Shown piece by piece: positions 1 to 7,841 of a stretch of DNA of 8,004 bases (position 1 is the stretch's first letter; the number at the start of each line of letters is the position of its first letter). Origin of the DNA: Octopus sinensis (Eukaryota). The position numbers and the translations under genes are program-made. The notes beneath the pieces were generated by a model. That model saw only the letters and a list, made by a program, of their open reading frames with translations. It did not search any database and was not told the DNA's origin. The stretch spans positions 1-8,004 of the forward strand of contig NW_021828611.1 in the NCBI RefSeq assembly GCF_006345805.1, read 5' to 3'.

Positions 1-30
1 TGCATGCGCACACATTTACACCTGTGTCTA

Positions 31-31
31 A

Positions 32-62
<31 letters not shown>

Positions 63-66
63 TCAC
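31..66. repeat. (AC)n microsatellite ending in ACTC units
   Basis: Direct read of the sequence. Confidence 0.95.
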
Positions 67-536
67 ATTTACTCAGAAGTTTGTCCTCATCTATACGCAG
101 ACGGTTTTTATCTTTTATATTCCGCATTTTTTGTACATGTGTGCATCTAAGTGCATTTTACATACCTTGATTGCCTTATTGTATTGTTAGCTGTTTTTCA
201 TTTGGGATTTTTTTTTATATATATGATGCGGAAGCATACTATGTCCATTTCTATAGAATTTCTCATAGAATGAAGTTAGGGTAAGCTTGAAGAAATAATA
301 CTAAGGAAGTATGTATGAGCTGGTATATTGCTATATTGTAATCTTAATTGTACGGTCAGAAATCTTGCAGCTTCCACACGACATGATGCGCCCTCTTCCA
401 GCATACAAAAGATCAACTGACGAGATATGCGATGCGAGTAGGAGGTAGATGTATGCGCTCGTGTTTGGTAGTACATATAGATGTATAGATGTATTTAGAA
501 GAAAATAGATAGGTGGATATATGGGGAGAGAGAGGG

Positions 537-566
537 AGACAGACAGACAGACAGATAGGGACAGAC

Positions 567-599
<33 letters not shown>

Positions 600-626
600 T
601 AGATAGATAGATAGATATATATATAT

Positions 627-659
<33 letters not shown>

Positions 660-844
660 CAGATAGATAGATAGATAGATAGGTTGGTTGGTAGGTAGGT
701 AGGTAGGTAGGTAGGTAGGTAGGTAGGTAGGTAGGTAGTAGGTAGGTAGATAGATAGACAGACAGGCAGACAGACAGACAGGCAGACAGACAGACAGACA
801 GAGGACGGACGGACGGACGGACGGACAGACACACAGACAGACAT

Positions 845-900
<56 letters not shown>
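537..900. repeat. Compound microsatellite (GACA)n-(TA)n-(TAGA)n-(GGTA)n-(GACA)n-(GGAC)n-(TAGA)n
   Basis: Direct read. Explains the low-complexity ORFs 331..1050 and 413..844. Confidence 0.97.
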
Positions 901-901
<1 letters not shown>

Positions 902-962
902 AGGGATGAAGAGGGCCAGAGTAGGTTAATATAATGCTTGGAGAGGATAAAGAAATGAGAGC

Positions 963-964
<2 letters not shown>

Positions 965-1008
<44 letters not shown>

Positions 1009-1017
1009 GAGAGAGAG
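965..1017. repeat. (GA)n microsatellite
   Basis: Direct read. Confidence 0.95.
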
Positions 1018-1049
1018 CTGTGGATTAAATAACTTGCCGTAGATAGTCA

Positions 1050-1220
1050 TGACTCTTTACGCTCATCTAAGTGCAAATCCCATCTAGTTTGACTTAGACT
1101 TCTGGTAGGTCAATAATATAGTACCAGTAATTTACTGCGGTCAGTATGTTTGTATGTTCCATCACGCTAGACATGAGCTTCGTGTCTCTGTGATAAATTA
1201 ATATTAGTATTATTATTATT
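1050..1220 (+). mobile_element. Old, degenerate SINE copy (family A; boundaries approximate)
   Basis: AAGTGCAAATCCC resembles a decayed B box. GGTCAATAATATAGTACCAGTAATTTACTGCGGTC resembles GGTCGATAAATAAAGTACCAGTTGCGCACTGGGGTC of the copy at 6001-6136. Ends in a (TTA)n tail. Confidence 0.5.
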
Positions 1221-1349
1221 GTTTTGTTGTTGCTTTTTCATACGTATTTTCCTTTATTTTTCATATTGATCCTGCATATATTATTTACCTCTGTGTAATT
1301 TATTCATGCGATATACCCACATCCGGTACCCATGGGACAGATAAAAGTA

Positions 1350-1420
1350 ATCTCTCTCTCTCTCTCTCTCTTTCTCTCATTCCCTCACAAACACACACAC
1401 ACTCATTCACTCACTCTCTC
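1350..1420. repeat. (TC)n/(CA)n/(CTCA)n compound microsatellite
   Basis: Direct read. Confidence 0.85.
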
Positions 1421-1479
1421 CATTTGTAGCCCTGTGTCTACGTCCAAACTTCAGATGCCACCGGTAGAATATGGACACT

Positions 1480-1629
1480 TACACACACACACGTTTGTAC
1501 ATATAAATATATTTATATATACACACACACACAAGTGCGTTTGTAAATGTAAATTTGTATACATATACATATATATATGTGTGTGTGTATGTGTGTGTGT
1601 GTATGTATATATATGTATAATAATATGTC

Positions 1630-1685
<56 letters not shown>
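1480..1685. repeat. (CA)n/(TG)n/(TA)n compound microsatellite
   Basis: Direct read. Confidence 0.9.
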
Positions 1686-1778
1686 CCATGCCCACACACA
1701 CCTCACAAACATTTAGATCACACGAATGTCTGATTAAAGTGGTCCATTGAGCACATAAGCACGTATGCACATATGCAC

Positions 1779-1793
1779 CTATGTATGTGTGTG

Positions 1794-1825
<32 letters not shown>

Positions 1826-2011
1826 TGTATGTATGTATGTATTTATGTATGTATGTATGTTATATATGTATGTATGTAGGTAGGTAGGTATGTATGAATG
1901 TATGTATGTATGTATGTATGTATGTATGTATGTATGTATGTATGCATGTATGTATGTATGTATGTATGTATGTATGTATGTATGTATGTATGTATACATG
2001 CATGTATGTAT
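1779..2011. repeat. (TATG)n tetranucleotide microsatellite with a TAGG interruption
   Basis: Direct read. Confidence 0.97.
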
Positions 2012-2275
2012 GAAAGGAGCGTGGTAAGTAGTTAGAGAGGTGTGTACAATATTATATTGACAAGTGCGAACGAGGAAGAAAAATATGCTGAGTTGATAAA
2101 AACGTGTGGATAACAAAGCGTTCACCTCCAAAAGCCTTATTTTTCTCAGTTTAGCTAACGGTCAGCCTTCAGTAACACAAACATAGAAACTGTGAGAAGA
2201 CACCTTCATCCATTGATAGATTTTGTGATGAGAAAATATCGAAGGACTTATTTATATTCATTATATTTATTACAG

Positions 2276-2371
<96 letters not shown>

Positions 2372-2460
2372 GGAGGGACGGACGGAGAGACGGTGAAGAA
2401 GAGAGAAGCAGAAACTGTACACGCACACACGCACACACACACACACACATACACATAGAC
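2276..2460. repeat. (TAGA)n array (2276-2370) followed by (CA)n (about 2419-2455)
   Basis: Direct read. Confidence 0.93.
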
Positions 2461-2559
2461 ATGCATAAATAGACAGTCAGACAGTCAGGCAGAAAGATGG
2501 AGAAAGAGAGAGATAGGGAGGGAAGAAGAGTGAGCTATCTACAACAAAAGCAAACATAC

Positions 2560-2612
2560 AAGATGGTGCTCCAGCATGGCCGCAGTCAAATTACTTAACA
2601 CGTAAAAGAATT
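2560..2612 (+). mobile_element. 3'-tail fragment of SINE family F
   Basis: 2565-2585 GGTGCTCCAGCATGGCCGCAG matches the reverse complement of 7215-7235 at 20/21. It is followed by GTAAAAGAA, like the tail of the 7177-7584 copy. Confidence 0.85.
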
Positions 2613-2648
2613 AAATTAGAGAATACATAATTTTGGAGAAATAGAAAT

Positions 2649-2667
2649 TATATATATACATACATAT

Positions 2668-2706
<39 letters not shown>

Positions 2707-2730
2707 TATATAATATATATATATTATATA

Positions 2731-2763
<33 letters not shown>

Positions 2764-2777
2764 ATATATTATATATA
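2649..2777. repeat. (TA)n/(TATG)n microsatellite
   Basis: Direct read. Confidence 0.95.
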
Positions 2778-3289
2778 AGGATAAGATCGATATTCAAATA
2801 CCGATCTTATCAGGTAGCCAGCATGGGAATAAAAACCTTTCAAGGGTAATAATTATTTAAAATTATAATCTAGGGTATCTAAGAGATACCTGTACGCTGG
2901 AAATAGCAGTCAAAACTTGACTCTAAAACCACACACACACACACATACATATATATATACGCGCGAATGCACTTACATACACACATACGCCCACGCACAC
3001 ACATACGCACTACAGAAACTCTGAGTATTGTTGGAGGTGGATGGGTGTGTTTTGAATGTGTACTTTTACCTGTTCAGTGATATCAGGTTTACCGATTCCA
3101 GCATCTCTGTGGATAATTTTTCCTTCTCACTCACTCACTCACTCACTCACGTGTCTTATCGGACACAATGTGTGTACATTCGTGTGAAGATTTATTTCCA
3201 GAAACCTTGGAAATTACATAATGCCATGTATACGTAGAAAAATCTGTGTGCTTCCGTGTGCTTGTGGCAATGTAGAGGTGTGCGCCGTA

Positions 3290-3384
3290 CGTACGTGCGT
3301 GCATGTGCGTGTATGTGTATGTGTGTATGTATGTGTGCGCGTTGTGTGTGTGTGTGTGTGCGTGTGTGTGTGCGAGTGTGTGCG
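3290..3384. repeat. Degenerate (TG)n microsatellite
   Basis: Direct read. Confidence 0.9.
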
Positions 3385-3542
3385 TTAAAATTATCGAGAT
3401 ACACGCGTAACACGTTCGTTTGGTTTGACCACAGCTTTCCTTTTAAACGTCACACAAATTCGACATCCATCTATCTTCCTCCCTTAATCATCCTTTGTGT
3501 CTGTGTGTAGTGTATACCTTCTTAATTTTCTCAGTCTCGCAT

Positions 3543-3550
3543 TCCTTCTT

Positions 3551-3598
<48 letters not shown>

Positions 3599-3644
3599 CT
3601 TCTCTCGGTTCTTTCTCTCCTTCTCTCGGTTCTTTCTCTCCTTC
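3543..3644. repeat. (CT)n tract with a 21-bp tandem duplication
   Basis: TTCTCTCGGTTCTTTCTCTCC occurs at 3600-3620 and 3621-3641. Confidence 0.9.
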
Positions 3645-3703
3645 AGTAGTCTTCTTTTGACTCTTCCTATCTGCCAATCGATTAATAGCTCTAACTATTA
3701 ATT

Positions 3704-3705
<2 letters not shown>

Positions 3706-3755
<50 letters not shown>

Positions 3756-3765
3756 CACACACACG

Positions 3766-3803
<38 letters not shown>

Positions 3804-3912
3804 TATACACTCACACCTATAGTGACGATTGAATTTTTCCTTTATGGTATCACATTGCGCCTGGCTGTTTATATTAATTTTTAGCACGCGCGGGCGCGCA
3901 CACACACACTAT

Positions 3913-3951
<39 letters not shown>
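3706..3951. repeat. Two (CA)n/(TA)n microsatellite blocks (3706-3812, 3899-3951)
   Basis: Direct read. Confidence 0.9.
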
Positions 3952-4087
3952 TTACTGATCGATTTATTTATCTACTGACAAACTTACGAACGTATCCTAT
4001 CCATATTCCTCTCCTTACCCACTCTCCTTTTCGTTCTTTCTCTCTTGTTCCCTATCTCCTAGTATATATTTATCTAATTCTGTATTT

Positions 4088-4145
4088 GTGTGTGTGTGTG
4101 TGTGTGTGTGTCTGTGTGTGTGTGTGTGTGTGTGTGCGTGCGTGT
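4088..4145. repeat. (TG)n microsatellite
   Basis: Direct read. Confidence 0.95.
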
Positions 4146-4299
4146 TGAATAACAGTTTTCTGGTACCTTTGGTTCCATACCCATTCCGCATCATTAATTT
4201 TTCTGAACCAGGAGCGATCACCTTCTGAATTTTAAAAAAATATTAAATTTACTTAGATAATTAAATGACAGACAGGTACCTGTATTATATTTATTACAG

Positions 4300-4396
<97 letters not shown>
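4300..4396. repeat. Perfect (TAGA)n array
   Basis: Direct read. Confidence 0.97.
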
Positions 4397-4398
<2 letters not shown>

Positions 4399-4556
4399 GT
4401 ATAGTATAAATGACCCAAGGTTATTAATACAAATCTGTGCAAGGTACACTTTAACTAATCTGGCGGCCACGGGAGTATGAAGTTCTTACACGTAAATTAG
4501 TGCGGATTACGTGATGTACCGGATTATCAGCGTCCGGAAAGTCGATGGTGTACCCG

Positions 4557-4712
4557 TATGTGTGCATCTTGTGTTCGTTCCCCCCACCGGTGTTGGTGTG
4601 TTTACGTTCCCGTAACTTAGCCGTTCGACAAAAGAGAACCGATAGAAAAAGGTAGCTGGTTTAAATTTTTATCAAATATCGCGGATCGATTCATTCGACT
4701 AAAAAAATTCTC
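4557..4712 (+). mobile_element. Internal fragment of SINE family F
   Basis: 4591-4615 TGTTGGTGTGTTTACGTTCCCGTAA matches the reverse complement of 7319-7343 at 24/25. Similarity continues through GTTCGACAAAAGAGA and TCGATTCATTCGACTAA. Confidence 0.85.
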
Positions 4713-5039
4713 CAATTCTACACACAAACACATACACACGCACACAAACACATACACACACACTTACTCACACACATATATATATCGGAACTCCGACTTG
4801 GCCACACACAGCCTTTAGCTGGAACCTAGTTCACACAGACATACACACACATCTATGCGCACGCACACACACGAGCATACAGCTGTTTTCCGTTCGACTC
4901 GGTGATTTGTGACGATTTCCAACACGTAGCGTGTATATAGCAGTTCCTGTGCGTTTATTGCTTTTACCACACGTTTAAATTTACATTAAAATTAATGTCG
5001 CACCGAGCACTACTGTTTACTTAAATGCGCGCACCTTGT

Positions 5040-5329
5040 CCCTTGCCCACCTTCGTTTCCCCTCTCCTTCACTTCCTTCCTTTCTATAATGAACCCTTCG
5101 TAGCTTTCATTGTTTCTCTTTCCTCTCTCTCCTTCTCTCTCTCTCTCTCTCTATTTATCTTCCTCTTTCTCAATCTCTCTTTGTCTTTCTTTCGCTGATC
5201 CCTCTCGCTCCTTTGCATAGCATAACCTTTCTCATATACACACATTCTCTCATTCCCTTTCTCTCTCCATCTGTGTGTGTTTCTGTGTGTTTCTGTGTGT
5301 GTGTGTAGAAATAAATGTATGTGTATGTG

Positions 5330-5362
<33 letters not shown>

Positions 5363-5432
5363 TATATATATATATTACATATATATTATATATATATGTT
5401 ATATATATATATTATAGATATATATTATATAT
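5040..5432. repeat. CT-rich polypyrimidine tract (5040-5270) followed by (TG)n/(TA)n
   Basis: Direct read. Confidence 0.88.
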
Positions 5433-5698
5433 ATCATGTGATCACGTGACCGACCAGCTATCAGATGTTGCTACACATCGCTGGTCACAATGCGCTTCAT
5501 ATTGTTTTAGCCTTCAAATGACGCCGCCCCGCTGGCTAAGCGAGCAGGCCAACAGAAGAAAGAGTGAGAGAAAGTTGCGGCGAAAGAGTACAGCAGGGAC
5601 CGCCACCATCCCCTGCCGGAGCCTCGTGGAGCTATAGGTGTTTACGCTCAATAAACACTCACAACGCCGCCCGGTCTGGGAATCGAAACCGCGATCCT
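5433..5698 (-). mobile_element. tRNA-derived SINE, family D/E, 5'-truncated
   Basis: B box GGTTTCGATTCCC on the minus strand at 5678-5690. 5554-5698 aligns in reverse orientation with 7648-7779. No A box is retained. Confidence 0.88.
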
Positions 5699-6000
5699 GA
5701 AGAGGTTGCAGGATGTGACGATATGTATATCAGAAAGTCACACGAGAGAAATTTAAAAACGTATATGCCTTTTATTTTGATAATCTACAGATCGTGACCC
5801 CTCCCCCCTGTGGATTATGATGCCCTGAGCTCTAGTTTGTGTAGTGAATGATTAAATCTGATGTTGATAGTGTAGAAATTAATTTATTGGTTAATAATAC
5901 TTTCTACTCTACGCACAATGCATGAAACATCGACCCCAGTATGTAACTGGTACTTATTTCATCAACTCCGAAAGCATGAAAGACAAAGTCGACCTCGGTG

Positions 6001-6136
6001 CTTTTGCCTTTCATCCTTTCGGGGTCGATAAATAAAGTACCAGTTGCGCACTGGGGTCGATGTAGTTGACTTAATCCCTTTGTCTGTCTTTGTTTGCCCC
6101 CTCTATGTTTAGCCCCTTGTGGGCAATAAAGAAATA
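6001..6136 (+). mobile_element. 5'-truncated SINE family A copy inserted antisense into the host SINE
   Basis: 6003-6078 is the near reverse complement of 7844-7918. It has its own tail GCCCCTTGTGGGCAATAAAGAAATA, and the host SINE resumes at 6138. Confidence 0.88.
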
Positions 6137-6203
6137 CATTTGAACTAAGAATGTAAGGACGGACGAAATGACGCTGAGCATTTTGCCCGGCGGCGAAATT
6201 TTT

Positions 6204-6258
6204 TTCCCACGCGAGTTCCGGATCCCAGTTAGGAACTCATTTGCATACGGCCAATCAG
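6204..6258. promoter_or_regulatory. Motif cluster in the left TIR: CSL/Su(H), ETS-like, octamer/H2B box, CCAAT
   Basis: TTCCCACG 6204-6211; TTCCGG 6216-6221; CTCATTTGCATAC 6236-6248; GGCCAATCAG from 6249. These are motif matches only; function is unproven. Confidence 0.45.
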
Positions 6259-6648
6259 AGCTCAACTATCAAACTAATTTATGAGCGCATAACAAGTGAT
6301 TGGCGATAAAATAAGGTCACTTGGGTTAGGAATGACCATGCTTCTGTTCGCTTTTTATAATGCTTGTTTTTCTTGTTCTTGTTTCAACCATGGCTGCCTC
6401 TGCGTAGTTATTTGTGTTATTGTTTACTTTGTAAAGCAGTAAAGGGAGAGGGTTGCTTGCACATCACCCTCTACCCACATTTTTCCCATCCAGATCTTTT
6501 CCATATGGGACCCTAACAAAATCCTTCTAAAATCTCCTTCTAAAATCAGTCACAACTTGGCGATCGGTCGACTTACAACACTGTTCATCGTCTTGAGTTT
6601 ACTTGGTAGAGTGTGCTTGTTAACTTGACAACAAGGCCAAGGTGAGCT

Positions 6649-6703
6649 CTGATTGGCTGTATGCAAATGAGTTCATTACTAGAGTCCGGAACTCTCGTGG
6701 GAA
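6649..6703. promoter_or_regulatory. Mirror motif cluster in the right TIR
   Basis: CTGATTGGCT 6649-6658; GTATGCAAATGAG 6659-6671; CCGGAA 6686-6691; CGTGGGAA 6696-6703. Confidence 0.45.
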
Positions 6704-6813
6704 AAAAAATTTGCTGCCTTGCGTGCTAACGATTCTGCCACCTCGCTACCTTGTTTGTTAGCTAATAATGAGAACAAGAATGGCTCTTGTGGAAAATCGA
6801 ATGTTAAATAAAA

Positions 6814-6863
6814 CTGCTGCTGCTGCTGCTGTTGCTGCTGCTGTTGCTGTTACTGCTGTTGTT
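6814..6863. repeat. (CTG)n/(TTG)n trinucleotide repeat
   Basis: Direct read. Confidence 0.92.
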
Positions 6864-6963
6864 TCACATCATCGCGTTTTCCTTCTGTGTGATAGTCTAC
6901 TACAAAGCACCCGTAAACCTATGAATATGGATTAGATTAAAGAATGATACCACATTTATAAAT

Positions 6964-7145
6964 ATGTGTAGGTATGTGCTTATGAGTGCGTATGTATGTA
7001 AATGTATGTGCGAGTGTATGTGCGTGTACGTGTATAAATATATCTGCGTGCATAAGCATGTATATATATATATATAGATATATTATATATATATATATAT
7101 ATGTGTGTGTGTATGTGTGTAAAGATATATATATATATATATATT

Positions 7146-7176
<31 letters not shown>
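6964..7176. repeat. Degenerate (TG)n then (TA)n microsatellite
   Basis: Direct read. Confidence 0.9.
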
Positions 7177-7177
<1 letters not shown>

Positions 7178-7584
7178 TCTATTTTATTATTTTACTTGCT
7201 ATCAGTCATTTTGCCTGCGGCCATGCTGGGGCACCGCCTTATTCGAACAAATCGACCCCAGGGTTTATTTTTGTAAGCCTAGTACTTATAGTTTTTGTCT
7301 CTTTTGCCGAACCGAAAATTACGGGGACGTAAACACACCAACATCGGTTGTCAAGCGATAGTTGGGGGACAAACACAGGCACACAAATATATATATATAT
7401 ATATTATATATATATGTGTGTGTGTGTTGTGGTGTGTGTGGTGTGTGTGTGTTGTGTGTGGTGTATGTATAAGATGGACTTCTTTCAGTTTCCATCTACC
7501 AAATCCATTCACAAGGCTTTGGTCGGCCCGAGGTTATAGTGGACTTGCCCCAGGGTCAAGCAGTGGGACTGAACCTGGAACCAA
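7177..7584 (-). mobile_element. tRNA-derived SINE, family F, with an internal microsatellite (7388-7470), lacking the A box
   Basis: B box GGTTCAGTCCC at 7565-7575 (-) is followed by CORE-like TGACCCTGGGGCAAGTCC. Two further fragments lie in the window (2560-2612, 4557-4712). A-rich tail at 7177-7195 (-). Confidence 0.88.
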
Positions 7585-7623
7585 GTATATATACCAGGAA
7601 CCATATATGTGTATATATATAAT

Positions 7624-7841
7624 GGAGGTGCAATGGCCCGCGGTCAGAGGATCGCGGTTTTGATTCCCTGACCGGGCGTTGTGTGTGTTTATTGGGCGAA
7701 AACACCTAAAGCTCCACGAGTCTCCGGCAGGGGGTGATGGTGACCTCTTTCGCCCCAACTTTCTCTCATTCTTTCTTCTTGTTTCTTGAGTAACGCTGCG
7801 ATGGACTGACGTCCCGTCCATACGCCATAGAAACCGGGAAA
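7624..7841 (+). mobile_element. tRNA-derived SINE, family D/E, internally deleted and probably 3'-truncated
   Basis: Head GGAGGTGCAATGGCCC with a partial A box; B box GGTTTTGATTCCC 7656-7668; body homologous to 5554-5698 (-). Confidence 0.87.

Larger units (their letters stand above)
6193..6714. mobile_element. 522-bp MITE / non-autonomous DNA transposon, Mutator(MULE)-like
   Basis: TIRs 6193-6264 and 6643-6714 are 63/72 identical without gaps. 9-bp TSD TGCCCGGCG (6184-6192) / TGCCTTGCG (6715-6723) is 7/9. The empty site GCCCGGCGTGCTAACG is visible at 7982-7997. No transposase ORF. Confidence 0.87.
5899..6752 (-). mobile_element. tRNA-derived SINE, family A, split into 5899-6000, 6138-6192 and 6724-6752 by two nested insertions
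   Basis: The pieces join collinearly with the uninterrupted copy at 7840-8004. A-box-like TGGCAGAATCG lies at about 6730-6740 (-) and B-box GTTCAAAT at 6138-6145 (-). Putative TSD TTTATTGGTTAATAAT (5883-5898) / TTTGTTAGCTAATAAT (6754-6769) is 13/16, all differences transitions. Confidence 0.88.

Noticed and set aside
3070-3106. Possible 37-nt minus-strand micro-exon (CCACAG|…CAG|GTAAAA)
   Set aside because: Poor polypyrimidine tract and no recognisable peptide; cannot be supported without RNA data.
3600-3646. Strong polypyrimidine tract plus CAG as a splice acceptor
   Set aside because: The tract is a CT microsatellite, and no plausible donor or exon follows.
331-4442. ORF-track proteins rich in YLSI, IYIY, HTHT, CVCV and SLSL
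   Set aside because: They are translations of stop-free microsatellite frames, with no domain-like content.
4785-5040. Relatively CpG-rich unique stretch with small palindromes, as a possible promoter
   Set aside because: No diagnostic motif arrangement or adjacent exon; the palindromes are only 4-5 bp.
6814-6863. Possible polyglutamine exon on the minus strand
   Set aside because: There is an in-frame TAA within the CAG/CAA run, and the other minus frames have stops just upstream.
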